Source: Gemmatimonadaceae bacterium (GTDB lineage: Bacteria; Gemmatimonadota; Gemmatimonadetes; Gemmatimonadales; Gemmatimonadaceae). Taken from it: a stretch of DNA of 64,000 bases. Where the stretch lies: assembly GCA_040902005.1 (NCBI GenBank), contig JBBDYA010000045.1, forward strand, positions 99,933 to 163,932. The letters run 5' to 3'. Both the position numbers and the translations under genes were made by a program. The notes below the pieces were generated by a model. That model saw only the letters and a program-made list of their open reading frames with translations, ran no database searches and had not been told where the DNA came from. Below, in pieces: positions 32,415 to 42,507 of the stretch. Within the stretch, counting starts at the first letter, position 1, and each line of letters begins with the position of its first letter.

Positions 32415-33761
32415 ATGCAGACCTCAAACAACTCGCAGCAGCTGCGTCCGCCACAGGGCGTGATCGAGATCATTCGTGATCTCGAAGGGGCTGGATTCGA
32501 GGCATGGTGCGTGGGCGGTGCGGTCCGAGACGCACTCATGGGGCACGCGCACCTTGATTGGGACATCGCTACGAGCGCCACGCCAGACCAGGTCCGGACA
32601 CTCTTTGGTCGTCGGAGAACGATCCCGGTCGGGATCGAGTTCGGGACGGTTGGGGTTCTGGATGCGTCGCAGGTGATGCACGAGGTCACGACGTTCCGGC
32701 GCGACGTGCGCACGGATGGACGTCACGCCGAGGTCGAGTTCGGCGCTTCCCTGGACGAGGACCTGGCCCGACGCGACTTCACCATCAATGCGATCGCCTT
32801 CTCTCCCAGCCGCCAGCAGATCCACGACCCGTTCGATGGACGGGGGGACATCGCGGCAGGCGTCATTCGCGCCGTGGGGGCGCCTGGTGATCGGATGCGC
32901 GAGGATCGGCTGCGTGCGTTGCGAGGAATTCGATTCGCCTCCCGGTTCGGCTTCGCCATCGAGCCGGCCACCTGGGAGGCCATCTGCCAGAGCGCGCCGT
33001 ACCTGACCCGTCTTTCGGCGGAGCGGGTAAAGCAGGAGCTCGAGAAGACGATGGATCAGGTCGCACGCCCGTCCGGAGCAATCGCGCGTTGGCGGGAGAG
33101 CGGGGCACTGGCGGTATTGGTGCCGGAGCTGGAGGGGTTGTCCGCGGAGGCCAGGCACGCGCTGGACTGCGCGGCGCAGCCGGCGCTGGCGAGGCGCCCC
33201 GGTCGCCGGCTCACGCGCTTCGCGATTCTCTTCAGTGATTCCTCATCGGCGTCGGCGCTGCAGGCCGCCATGCGGCTGCGCTTCTCGAAGCACGATGCAC
33301 AGTGGATCGCGGCGCTCGTGGAGCGTTGGAACACACTGCGCCTGGAGCTGACGGCGGCGCTGTCCGCGGGGGCGCCAGAGCCGGCGCGCGTGCGAGGATG
33401 GATAGCGGCCGTGGGCCGCACGCACCTGTCGGCTTTCTTCCGGTTGGCCTCGGCCCGCTGGGCAGCGAGCCAGACGGCACCGGGTGGGGGAGGGGGGGGG
33501 GGCGCATTGAACGACGGACCGGCGGCCCACGCCGTGCAAAGGCTCTATCGGCGCTGCGTCAGTGCGGCGCTCAGCGAGCCGGTGGATCTCCGCGACCTGG
33601 CCATTGACGGAGACGATCTCCGCCAAGTGGGGATCGCACCGGGACCGGGGCTAGGTAAGATTCTCACGGTATTGCTTGCGAGGGTGCTCGAGGACCCGGC
33701 GCGGAACAGCCGCGAGTGGCTGTTGGGGGAGGCACAGCGGCTCAAGACGCCCGCTGACTGA
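32415..33761 (+). CDS. cca: CCA tRNA nucleotidyltransferase (class II)
   Basis: VGGAVRD, DWD (DxD), EVTTFR, RRDFTINA, EDRLRALR, ERVKQEL; no HD domain evident. Confidence 0.85.
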   Translation: MQTSNNSQQLRPPQGVIEIIRDLEGAGFEAWCVGGAVRDALMGHAHLDWDIATSATPDQVRTLFGRRRTIPVGIEFGTVGVLDASQVMHEVTTFRRDVRTDGRHAEVEFGASLDEDLARRDFTINAIAFSPSRQQIHDPFDGRGDIAAGVIRAVGAPGDRMREDRLRALRGIRFASRFGFAIEPATWEAICQSAPYLTRLSAERVKQELEKTMDQVARPSGAIARWRESGALAVLVPELEGLSAEARHALDCAAQPALARRPGRRLTRFAILFSDSSSASALQAAMRLRFSKHDAQWIAALVERWNTLRLELTAALSAGAPEPARVRGWIAAVGRTHLSAFFRLASARWAASQTAPGGGGGGGALNDGPAAHAVQRLYRRCVSAALSEPVDLRDLAIDGDDLRQVGIAPGPGLGKILTVLLARVLEDPARNSREWLLGEAQRLKTPAD

Positions 33762-33791
33762 AGTCGGGATACGGAGGAACGAGAACCGCTC

Positions 33792-34316
33792 ATGTTATTT
33801 CGGGGCAGGCAGGCCGAAGTGTCCATCTGGCACCGCTTTCGGGCGAGCGCCGACGTCTTCACATTCGGTTCGGACGACGGCGTTTTCGTGGCGCATGTCG
33901 TTGCCAATGCCGAGCGCGTCGTGGACCTCTTTCACTCGCTCACCGAACAGTTGCCGCCCGCCGTGGACGTCACGCTCGAGGATCATCGATCCGGGCGGAC
34001 GTGGAAGGGCGAGGGGCTGCCCCGGGACGATGTGCGTGAGCAGATCGCACGGCTCAAGGTGCTGCTGGCGCGGTACGGGGGTGCGGAGTTTTCGGTGTTC
34101 ACGTCGGACGACCAGCTGACGCTGAACCCGTACCTGGAATTGTTCATCTACGCCCGAACGGACCGCTGGTGCTACGTGTTGGAGGGGCGTGGTTTCGAGC
34201 AGGGCGCGGTACGCCCGAAGAGCTGGAAGCAGCAACGCGCGCAGTTCCCCGCGGCTGCGGAACTCGTCAACGCCATTCAAACCGCGGTGGAGCGACTCGG
34301 CCTGCAGCGCGCGTGA
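33792..34316 (+). CDS. Hypothetical protein
   Basis: 174-aa ORF with upstream GGAGG; GTGA coupling to the next gene. Confidence 0.65.
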   Translation: MLFRGRQAEVSIWHRFRASADVFTFGSDDGVFVAHVVANAERVVDLFHSLTEQLPPAVDVTLEDHRSGRTWKGEGLPRDDVREQIARLKVLLARYGGAEFSVFTSDDQLTLNPYLELFIYARTDRWCYVLEGRGFEQGAVRPKSWKQQRAQFPAAAELVNAIQTAVERLGLQRA

Positions 34317-35023
34317 CCAGACTGGAAGTGGTCTACGGCCTCTCGGCGGCGGCCGCGAACATCATCGGCGCCGTGGCGGTGACGTCGGGCCGACGCTGGA
34401 GCGTGCATGCCCTCGATCGCACGCTCGCGTTTACTGCCGGCTTTCTGCTCTCAGTGGCGTTCGTCGAGCTGATCCCCGAGGCGATCGCGCGGGGCGGTCG
34501 CACGGCCGCCGCAACGGCACTCCTCGCGTACCTTGCGGTCCACCTCACGCAGCACACCATCGGCCGCCACTTCCATTTCGGCGAGGAAACGCACGCGGTG
34601 ACGCCGATGGTGAGCCGGAGCGCGCTGGTGGGCCTCCTGCTGCACACGTTTGTCGATGGTGTCGCGGTGGCGAGCGGACTGTTGGTGAGTGAAACGGTGG
34701 GTGCGCTGATATTCGTCGGTGTCCTGCTCCACAAGTTTCCGGAGGGGCTGGCCATCTCGAGCCTGTTCCTGGCGGCGGGCGCGCGGAACCGGACGGCCAT
34801 CGCCGCGGCGGGCGCGCTTGGCGTCGCGACGCTGCTGGGCGTCGCGCTCACCGGTCAGTTCGCACCGCTGCAGGAGCAGGGGCTCGCCATTTCCGCGGGC
34901 GTGACCATCTACGTCGGCGCCTCGAACCTCGTCCCCGAGCTGCAGGCGCGCGGCGGGTGGGGAACGCCGATCAGCTTCATGGCTGGTTGCGGGGCGTTTT
35001 TTGCCGCCGCCGCACTGCTGTAG
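34313..35023 (+). CDS. ZIP family metal transporter
   Basis: Multi-TM; HFHFGEETH loop, HTFVDG, HKFPEG. Confidence 0.88.
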   Translation: MTRLEVVYGLSAAAANIIGAVAVTSGRRWSVHALDRTLAFTAGFLLSVAFVELIPEAIARGGRTAAATALLAYLAVHLTQHTIGRHFHFGEETHAVTPMVSRSALVGLLLHTFVDGVAVASGLLVSETVGALIFVGVLLHKFPEGLAISSLFLAAGARNRTAIAAAGALGVATLLGVALTGQFAPLQEQGLAISAGVTIYVGASNLVPELQARGGWGTPISFMAGCGAFFAAAALL

Positions 35024-35033
35024 CGAGGGCGAG

Positions 35034-36383
35034 ATGGCGCGACCACCCTCGGGACAACCCACGCTGTTCAACGATGCGATCGACCGTGCGCAGCCGCTGG
35101 CGTCGCGGATGCGTCCGCGCACCCTCGACGAATTCGTTGGGCAGGAGCCTCTGCTGGCGCCCGGGAAGCCGTTGCGTGAGGCGATCGAGAGCGGCACGAT
35201 CGGCTCCGTCATCCTGTGGGGCCCGCCGGGTACGGGCAAGACCACCCTCGGGCGGCTGATCGCGGCCTACACGGAGCGGCAGTTCGTGCCGTTTTCGTCC
35301 GTCACCGAGGGCGTCCCGCGGATCAGGGAAATCGTCGCGGAAGCGAAGGAGCGGCTCGCGCTCGGTCGGGGGACGATCCTCTTTGCCGACGAGATCCACC
35401 GCCTCAACAAGGCGCAGCAGGACGCCTTTCTTCCGCACGTCGAAGCGGGAACGATCACCCTGGTGGGCGCCACGACGGAGAACCCGTCCTTCGAGATCAA
35501 TGGCGCGCTGCTGTCGCGCGTGCGGGTGTTTGTGCTGCAGCCGCTGGCGCCCGGACACATTCGAACGCTGCTCGAGCGGGCGCTGTCCCTGGAGGAGCGA
35601 GGCATTGGCGAGCTGCAAGTTCGCGCGGATCCGCAGGCACTGGATTGCATCGCCGAGGAGGCGGACGGCGATGCTCGTCGGGCACTCACGGTACTCCAGG
35701 CCGCCGCGGAGCACGTGGGACGCGCCGGCCATCTCACCGAGGCGCAGGCGCGCGACGCCATGCAGCTGCGGTTCGCGCGCTTCGACAAGTGGGGCGAGGA
35801 GACGTACAACATGCTCTCCGCCTTTCACAAAAGCCTCCGCGGGAGCGATCCGCACGGGGCGCTCTACTGGATGGCTCGGTTTCTCGAGGGCGGCGGCGAT
35901 CCCATGGTGTTGTTCCGTCGCGCTCTCGCGATGGCCGCGGAGGACGTTGGCCTCGCCGATCCGCAGGCGCTGCAGATGGCCGTCGCGGCCCGCAACGCCT
36001 TTCACATGCTGGGTGCCCCGGAAGGGTACCTTCCGCTCGCGCAGATGGTCATCTATCTGGCGACGGCGCCGAAGTCCAACAGTGCGAAAGTTGCCTTGGG
36101 CGAGGCGATGCGGGCCGCGATGGAAACGCCGGCCGAGGGCGTGCCCATGCACATCCGGAACGCGCCGACCAGCCTCATGAAGGAACTGGGGTATCACTCG
36201 GGGTATCAGTACGCGCATGACGCGCCCGAGGCATACATCCCGCAGGAGTATCTTCCCGACCGACTGCGTGGGCGCACGTTCTACACTCCCGGTCCATTCG
36301 GGTTCGAGAAGGAGATCGCGAAGCGGCTCGCGTGGTGGGACGAGGTGAAGCGCCGCAACGACGACGAGAGGAATGACACATGA
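35034..36383 (+). CDS. rarA: Replication-associated recombination protein A (AAA+)
   Basis: PLASRMRP, WGPPGTGKTT, DEIHRLNKAQQD, GATTENPSF, KSLRGSD, PKSNS. Confidence 0.95.
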   Translation: MARPPSGQPTLFNDAIDRAQPLASRMRPRTLDEFVGQEPLLAPGKPLREAIESGTIGSVILWGPPGTGKTTLGRLIAAYTERQFVPFSSVTEGVPRIREIVAEAKERLALGRGTILFADEIHRLNKAQQDAFLPHVEAGTITLVGATTENPSFEINGALLSRVRVFVLQPLAPGHIRTLLERALSLEERGIGELQVRADPQALDCIAEEADGDARRALTVLQAAAEHVGRAGHLTEAQARDAMQLRFARFDKWGEETYNMLSAFHKSLRGSDPHGALYWMARFLEGGGDPMVLFRRALAMAAEDVGLADPQALQMAVAARNAFHMLGAPEGYLPLAQMVIYLATAPKSNSAKVALGEAMRAAMETPAEGVPMHIRNAPTSLMKELGYHSGYQYAHDAPEAYIPQEYLPDRLRGRTFYTPGPFGFEKEIAKRLAWWDEVKRRNDDERNDT

Positions 36384-36835
36384 AGACAGTGGCAGTAATG
36401 GCGTTGGCGCTCGGCGCCGCGGCGTGCTCGGCGCTCGGGCGGCAGGCGTTCCAGAATCCGGTCGTCAACCTCCGCAACGTGGCGGTGCAGGGGCTCGGCC
36501 TGTCTGGTGGCCAACTCGAGGTGCAGCTGAGCGTCTACAATCCGAACAACTATCGACTGGACGCGTCCCGACTGACCTACCGGGTATTCGTGGGTGACAC
36601 GCTCGGGCTGGCCAGTGGTGCGGTGGACACCCGCACGACGGTGCAGGCCGAGGATTCCACGATCGTGGTGATTCCCGTGTCCTTCACCTACGCGGGACTC
36701 AGCGCCGCGGCGCGCCAGATCCTGCTGACTGGCAGTGTGACCTACCGCGTGGCGGGGGACGTGACGGTGGGCTCCGTCGTGGGCAACTTTACGGTGCCCT
36801 ATTCCGCGACGGGCCGATTCAACACGGTGCGGTAG
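36380..36835 (+). CDS. LEA type 2 family lipoprotein
   Basis: Lipobox-like GAAAC; VYNPN motif; beta-rich. Confidence 0.8.
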   Translation: MKTVAVMALALGAAACSALGRQAFQNPVVNLRNVAVQGLGLSGGQLEVQLSVYNPNNYRLDASRLTYRVFVGDTLGLASGAVDTRTTVQAEDSTIVVIPVSFTYAGLSAAARQILLTGSVTYRVAGDVTVGSVVGNFTVPYSATGRFNTVR

Positions 36836-36879
36836 CCGGAGGCAACATCTCGAAGGCACCGATTCAGGTTCAGCAACCG

Positions 36880-38160
36880 GTGGACCGCGCGCTCCTCGTG
36901 GGCGCGCCGCTCAAACGCGCGCGTGCGCGCGCGGATCTGCGCGAGCACCTCGACGAGCTCGCGCGACTGGTGGACACCGCGGGCGCCGTCATCGTGGGCG
37001 AGCTAACGCAACAGCTCGACCGTCCGCATGCCGCGACGTATCTCGGCGCTGGCAAGATCGATGAATTGCGGCAGATGGTCATCGACACGCAGGCCACCAT
37101 CGTCGTGTTCGACGACGAACTCTCGCCCTCGCAGGCGAAGAACATCGAGGACTCCATCGGGCAGCGGGTCGTCGACCGCGCGGAGTTGATTCTGGACATC
37201 TTCGCCACGCGGGCCCGCTCGGCAGAAGCGAAGGTGCAGGTCGAGTTGGCGCAACTGGAGTACATGCTCCCGCGCCTGACGCGCATGTGGACCCACCTCG
37301 AGAAGTTTCGCGGCGGTATCGGCGTCCGGGGTCCCGGCGAAACACAGCTGGAGACGGACCGCCGGCTGATCAGCCATCGCATCAAGCTTCTGCGTGCGAA
37401 GCTGCGCGAGGTCACAAAAGGGCGCGCCGTGCAGCGGCAGGGACGCCGTGGCGAGTTCAAGGCGTCCCTTGTCGGCTACACGAACGCGGGCAAGTCGTCG
37501 CTGCTGCGCTCGCTCGCGAACGCGCAGGACATCTTCGTGGAAGACCGGCTGTTCGCGACACTGGATCCGCTGACGCGGGAAGTGAAGCTCGACGACCACG
37601 CGAAGGCACTCGTGACCGACACGGTTGGCTTCATTCGCAAGCTCCCCCACCACCTGGTCGCGTCGTTTCGTGCGACGCTGGAGGAGGCGCGTGAGGCAGA
37701 CCTGCTGCTGCACGTGATCGACGCGTCGCACGCCATGTGGGAGGAGCAGCGCGGCGTAGTGGAGGACGTGCTGAAGAGCCTGGAGCTTCACGAGCGTCCG
37801 GCACTCCTGGTCTTCAACAAGGTGGACCTGCTGGACGAGCAGGAGCTCCTGGCGTTGCAGGAGCGCATGGCATCCGACGGGCAGGAGGCGGTCTTCGTGT
37901 CCGCCGTGAGCCCGGACGGCACCCTGCCGCTTCGCCGCGCCCTTCAGGGCGCCATGCGGGTTCGGCGCCCGCTCGCGGAGATCAACCTGTCGCCCGCCGA
38001 CGGGAAGATGCTCGCCGAGATTCATCAGTACGGCGAGGTGCTTGATCAGCGCACCATCGGAGAGCGGCTCGTCCTGCGCGCACGGATCGGCGAGAAGCTC
38101 GCGGGTCGACTGCGCCGGGCTGGCGCCATCGTCGACCGAGAGAATACCGCCGGGTCATGA
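36880..38160 (+). CDS. hflX: GTPase HflX (true start possibly ATC 36847)
   Basis: LILDIFA, QVELAQLEY, RGPGETQLETDRR, GYTNAGKS, LFATLDP, DTVGF, NKVD. Confidence 0.95.
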   Translation: MDRALLVGAPLKRARARADLREHLDELARLVDTAGAVIVGELTQQLDRPHAATYLGAGKIDELRQMVIDTQATIVVFDDELSPSQAKNIEDSIGQRVVDRAELILDIFATRARSAEAKVQVELAQLEYMLPRLTRMWTHLEKFRGGIGVRGPGETQLETDRRLISHRIKLLRAKLREVTKGRAVQRQGRRGEFKASLVGYTNAGKSSLLRSLANAQDIFVEDRLFATLDPLTREVKLDDHAKALVTDTVGFIRKLPHHLVASFRATLEEAREADLLLHVIDASHAMWEEQRGVVEDVLKSLELHERPALLVFNKVDLLDEQELLALQERMASDGQEAVFVSAVSPDGTLPLRRALQGAMRVRRPLAEINLSPADGKMLAEIHQYGEVLDQRTIGERLVLRARIGEKLAGRLRRAGAIVDRENTAGS

Positions 38161-39167
38161 TCGCCGTCGTCACCGGCGGCAGTGGCTTCATCGGCCGGAA
38201 TCTGATCCGGCGCCTGCTCGCGGACGGGCATCGGGTGCGGTGTCTCGTGCGTCCATCCGGGGGCGATCCGCCAGCCGACGTGGCGCGATATCTCGTTGCG
38301 CTGGACGATCCACGCGCGCTCGCGCGATGTCCCGCATTCGAGGGGGCGGACGTCGTCTTTCATCTCGCGGGCGCCACGAGGGCTGTCCGGTTCAGGGACT
38401 TTGCCACCGCCAACGTGGGGCCCACCCGGCAGCTGCTTGGCGCGCTGGCGCATCGGGGCCTCGGGCCACGGTTTGTATTCGTGTCGTCACAGGCGGCAGC
38501 GGGTCCTGCCACCACCGCGGACCGACCCGTGGTCGAGACGGATGAACCGCGTCCCATCGAGCCCTACGGCGCGAGCAAGCTCGAAGCCGAACGCGTGGTG
38601 CAGGCGCACTCGGATCGCGTGCCGGTCACGATTCTCAGGCCGTCAGCGGTGTTCGGCCCGCACGATCGCGATTTTCTCATGCTCTTCCGCATGGCTGTTC
38701 GCGGGATGATCCTGTACCCGGGCGTCGCGACGCACTGGCTGTCCCTCGTTCACGTGGATGACGTGGTGGACGCGCTTCTCGCGGTGGCCGTCCAGGACCG
38801 TGCCGTTGGGCGCACGTACTTCATCACCGCGCCGGATGCGATTCGCTGGCGCGCGTTGGGAGAGCAGGTCGGGTTGGTGACGGGGCGCGCGGTTCGCCAT
38901 GTCGATCTGCCGGCCCCGGTGGTGTTTGCCGCCGCGACCGTTGGCGACTGGTTCGGGCGCCTGACGCGTTCGACGCCGATCGCCACCCGGAGCAAGGCCG
39001 CGCTGTCGCGAGCGCCGTACTGGGTGTGTTCCGCGGCACGCGCGGGGGAGGAGCTTGGCGTTCGTGCCTCGCGTTCACTCCCTGACGCGCTGGCGGACAC
39101 GTACCTTTGGTATCGCCAACACGGATGGTTGCGCGGCCCGCGACGAGGCAGCGCGATCCCCGCCTGA
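38157..39167 (+). CDS. Extended SDR / NAD-dependent epimerase-dehydratase, candidate ceramide reductase (CerR-like)
   Basis: TGGSGFIG, HLAG, VSS, YGASK, RPSAVFGP.D. The CerR role is inferred from context. Confidence 0.8.
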   Translation: MIAVVTGGSGFIGRNLIRRLLADGHRVRCLVRPSGGDPPADVARYLVALDDPRALARCPAFEGADVVFHLAGATRAVRFRDFATANVGPTRQLLGALAHRGLGPRFVFVSSQAAAGPATTADRPVVETDEPRPIEPYGASKLEAERVVQAHSDRVPVTILRPSAVFGPHDRDFLMLFRMAVRGMILYPGVATHWLSLVHVDDVVDALLAVAVQDRAVGRTYFITAPDAIRWRALGEQVGLVTGRAVRHVDLPAPVVFAAATVGDWFGRLTRSTPIATRSKAALSRAPYWVCSAARAGEELGVRASRSLPDALADTYLWYRQHGWLRGPRRGSAIPA

Positions 39168-39177
39168 ACGATCCACG

Positions 39178-42100
39178 ATGTCCGCTCACTTTACATCTCC
39201 GACGCCACCAGCCCTCGCGGCTTCCCTCGACGATGATCGGCTGGTCGAGAGCTGTGAGACCCTGGTGGACCTGCTTCGCCGCCGTGCCGAGCAAGGCGGG
39301 GAGCGCGTGGTGTACCGTTTTCTCCCTGGCGACAACAAGCCGGAGCAGCGGATCACGTATAAGGAGCTGGATCGACGCGCGACGGCTCTCGCGTCGGCCA
39401 TTCGCCAGCATGCGAAGCCAGGAGAGCGCGCGCTAATCCTCGTGCCGTCCGGGCTGGACTACATCGCCACGTATTTCGCGTGCCTCTACGCCGGCGTGGT
39501 CGCCGTGCCGGCGTACCCTCCCAATCCGCGGCGTCCGGATCCGCGGATTCCCGGCATCGTGGCCGACTGTGAGCCGGTCGTTGCACTGACCACCGCCGCC
39601 CTGCTGGATCGACTGGAGCATTGGCGAGGAGGGGACGAGCGCCTCGGCGCGCTGCGCTGGCTTGCAGCCGACGCGCCCGTCGATCCATCGATTGCGCCCG
39701 TCGAGCATCAGGCGGGAGCGCACGACGTCGCCATGCTGCAGTACACGTCCGGCTCGACCGCCGCGCCGAAGGGGGTGGTGCTCACGCACGCCAATCTGCT
39801 GCACAACCTTTCGTTGATTCGGGCAGCGTTCAACGTCCGGCACGGGTCCGATGACGTGGGTGTGTTCTGGTTGCCGCCGTATCACGACATGGGGCTGATC
39901 GGCGGCATCCTCCAGCCTTGCTACGTGGGCCGCGGTGCCGTGCTGATGGCGTCCGCGACGTTTCTCCAGCGGCCGCTGTCGTGGCTGGAGGCCATGTCGA
40001 AGTATCGTGCGACGACGAGCGCCGCCCCGAACTTTGCGTTCGACATGTGCGTGGAACGCATCAAGCCCGAGGACATGCGCGGACTCGACCTGTCCGCGTG
40101 GCACACGGTCTTTGACGGTGCGGAGCCAATTCGAGCGGACACGATCGAGCGGTTCTCGAAAGCGTTCGCCGACGTCGGCTTCCGAAGCGAAGCGTTCTTT
40201 CCCTGTTACGGCCTCGCGGAGGCCACGCTGTTCGTGTCGGGCGGCCCCTGGGGCCACGGCCCGTACACGCTCGATGTCTCGCGGTCGGAGCTCGAGCACA
40301 CCCGCGCGCGCCCAGCCATGGCCGGGGACCGGCTGCGCCTGGTCTCATCGGGCGCGGCGGCTACCGGCCAGATGGTGCGCATCGTGAATCCGGACACGCT
40401 GGAGCCGCTGGACGATCGGCGGGTGGGTGAGATCTGGTGCAGCGGTCGAAGCGTGGCCGGCGGGTATTGGCGCAATCCTGCCGAGTCGACGCGCACCTTC
40501 GGGGCGACCCTTCCTGGTGATGGCGGGCGCTACCTGCGCACGGGCGACCTCGGTTTTCTGGACGACGGCCAGTTATTCGTTACCGGACGCCTCAAGGATC
40601 TCATCGTCCTTGCCGGACGAAACTATTACCCACAGGACATCGAGCTGGCCGCCGAGCGCAGCCACCCCAGTCTGCGGCCCGGCCATGCGGCCGCATTTCC
40701 GCTGGACGGCCCGACTCGCGAGTTGCTCGCGGTCGCGCTCGAGGTCACGCGGCATCATCGCGAGAGCGACAACGAGGCGGTATTTGCGGCCGTCCGTCGC
40801 GCGCTTGCGGGCCGCGCTGGCATTCTACCCGATGTCATTCTGCTGATCAGGCAGAACGGCATTCCGCGGACCTCGAGCGGCAAGGTGCAGCGCCGGGCGG
40901 CTCGCGCCATGCAGATCGAGAACACGCTGGATGTGCTCGCCCGGTCCGACGAAACGCTCGACGACATTGCGTTCGCGGTGTCCGACGGCGGCGATGTGAG
41001 CGCGGCGCCGCTGGAGGCGTGGCTGCGTCGCTGGGTCGCCGACGAGCTGCAGATCGACGTCCGCAGCGTGGATCCAACCGCGTCGGTGCGGGACTACGGC
41101 CTGGATTCCGTGGCGGCCGTTCGCCTGGTCACGGAGCTGGAGCAGGTCCTTGGCCACCGCGTTGACGTCGCGCTGCTCTGGCGCGAGCCCTCGATCCGAT
41201 CATTGTCGAAGGCGCTCGAATCTCGCGGGGCCGTGCTCTCGGCGAGCGAGGAAGACGAGCGCGCCGCTCGACGGAGCGACGAGCGACTGGTGTCACCACT
41301 CGCGGCGTCCGAGTTTCCGGAATATCGCCTGCTGCAAGCCAGGTTCGAGGAGCTGGACCGGCACGGCCTGGAGAACCCGTATTTCCGGGTGCACGACGGC
41401 GTGACGGGGAGCGCCGCGCGCATCGGCGGACGGGACGTCGTGAATTTCGCGAACTACAACTATCTCGGCCTGTCGGGCGACGAACGCGTGAACGTGGCCG
41501 CGGTCGAGGCAATCCGGCGCTACGGCACCTCGGTATCCGCGAGCCGTGTCGTCTCCGGCGAACGATCGGTCCACCAGGAGCTCGAGCAGGAGCTGGCCGG
41601 TTTCATCGGCGTGGAGGATTGCGTTCTCTTCATCGGTGGCGTGACCGCGAACGTGTCGACCATCGCGCACCTGGTTGGCGCCGGAGACGTGGTGCTCTGT
41701 GACGAACTGTTGCACAACAGCGCGATGCAGGGGGCGCTGTTCTCCGGAGCGCACCGTCTGGCCTTTCCGCACAACGACGCGGCGGCGGCGGATCGTCTCC
41801 TCGGCGAAGTGAGGGCGAAGTACCGACGGGCGCTGATCGTCATCGAAGGTGTCTACAGCGCGGACGGCGACATTCCGGACCTGGCGAGCTTCGTCGCCCT
41901 GAAGCGCCGGCATGAAGCCTGGCTGATGGTGGACGAAGCGCACTCGATCGGCGTCCTCGGCGCGACCGGGCGCGGGCTCGCGGAACATGCCGGCGTGTCA
42001 ACGCGAAGCGTGGACCTGTGGATGGGGACCCTGTCGAAGTCGCTCGCCAGCGTGGGAGGGTACATCGGCGCCCGCCGGGAAATCATCCAGTACCTGAAGT

Positions 42101-42492
42101 ACACGGCTCCGGGCTTCGTCTTCAGCGTCGGCATGGCACCCGCGAGTGCGGCCGCGGCGCTCGAAGCACTGCGTATCCTGCGGCGGGAGCCGCAGCGTGT
42201 GCAGGCGCTGCAGGCCAATGCGGCGCTGTTCCTCGAGCTGGCGAAGGGACACGGGTTGAACACCGGATCGAGCGCGAACACACCGATCATTCCGGTCATC
42301 ACCGGCGACTCGCTGCAGGCGGTACGCCTCTCGCAGCAACTGCTGGAGCACGGGATCAACGTGCAGCCAATGGTGGCGCCGTCAGTGAGCGAGTCGGGCG
42401 CCCGCCTGCGCTTTTTCGTCGCTTCCACGCATTCCCCCGATGACATCCAGCGGACGGTGGAATTGACGGCGTCTCTGGTCCGGCGTTCGTAA
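39178..42492 (+). CDS. Fatty acyl-AMP ligase - acyl carrier protein - PLP alpha-oxoamine synthase (SPT-like) fusion
   Basis: FAAL: LQYTSGSTAAPKGV, WLPPYHDMGLIG, CYGLAEAT, RTGDLG, PRTSSGK. ACP: GLDS (Ser codon 41107-41109). AOS: NYLGL, EGVYS.DGD, DEAHS, GTLSKS (Lys codon 42037-42039). Confidence 0.92.
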   Translation: MSAHFTSPTPPALAASLDDDRLVESCETLVDLLRRRAEQGGERVVYRFLPGDNKPEQRITYKELDRRATALASAIRQHAKPGERALILVPSGLDYIATYFACLYAGVVAVPAYPPNPRRPDPRIPGIVADCEPVVALTTAALLDRLEHWRGGDERLGALRWLAADAPVDPSIAPVEHQAGAHDVAMLQYTSGSTAAPKGVVLTHANLLHNLSLIRAAFNVRHGSDDVGVFWLPPYHDMGLIGGILQPCYVGRGAVLMASATFLQRPLSWLEAMSKYRATTSAAPNFAFDMCVERIKPEDMRGLDLSAWHTVFDGAEPIRADTIERFSKAFADVGFRSEAFFPCYGLAEATLFVSGGPWGHGPYTLDVSRSELEHTRARPAMAGDRLRLVSSGAAATGQMVRIVNPDTLEPLDDRRVGEIWCSGRSVAGGYWRNPAESTRTFGATLPGDGGRYLRTGDLGFLDDGQLFVTGRLKDLIVLAGRNYYPQDIELAAERSHPSLRPGHAAAFPLDGPTRELLAVALEVTRHHRESDNEAVFAAVRRALAGRAGILPDVILLIRQNGIPRTSSGKVQRRAARAMQIENTLDVLARSDETLDDIAFAVSDGGDVSAAPLEAWLRRWVADELQIDVRSVDPTASVRDYGLDSVAAVRLVTELEQVLGHRVDVALLWREPSIRSLSKALESRGAVLSASEEDERAARRSDERLVSPLAASEFPEYRLLQARFEELDRHGLENPYFRVHDGVTGSAARIGGRDVVNFANYNYLGLSGDERVNVAAVEAIRRYGTSVSASRVVSGERSVHQELEQELAGFIGVEDCVLFIGGVTANVSTIAHLVGAGDVVLCDELLHNSAMQGALFSGAHRLAFPHNDAAAADRLLGEVRAKYRRALIVIEGVYSADGDIPDLASFVALKRRHEAWLMVDEAHSIGVLGATGRGLAEHAGVSTRSVDLWMGTLSKSLASVGGYIGARREIIQYLKYTAPGFVFSVGMAPASAAAALEALRILRREPQRVQALQANAALFLELAKGHGLNTGSSANTPIIPVITGDSLQAVRLSQQLLEHGINVQPMVAPSVSESGARLRFFVASTHSPDDIQRTVELTASLVRRS

Positions 42493-42507
42493 CCGCGCGG
42501 CCGGGGA

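Noticed and set aside
41310..42492. BioF (biotin synthesis) assignment for the AOS domain
   Set aside because: It is fused to a long-chain FAAL/ACP, no bio genes are nearby, and bCerS-like and CerR-like neighbours fit better. Not formally excluded without a phylogeny.
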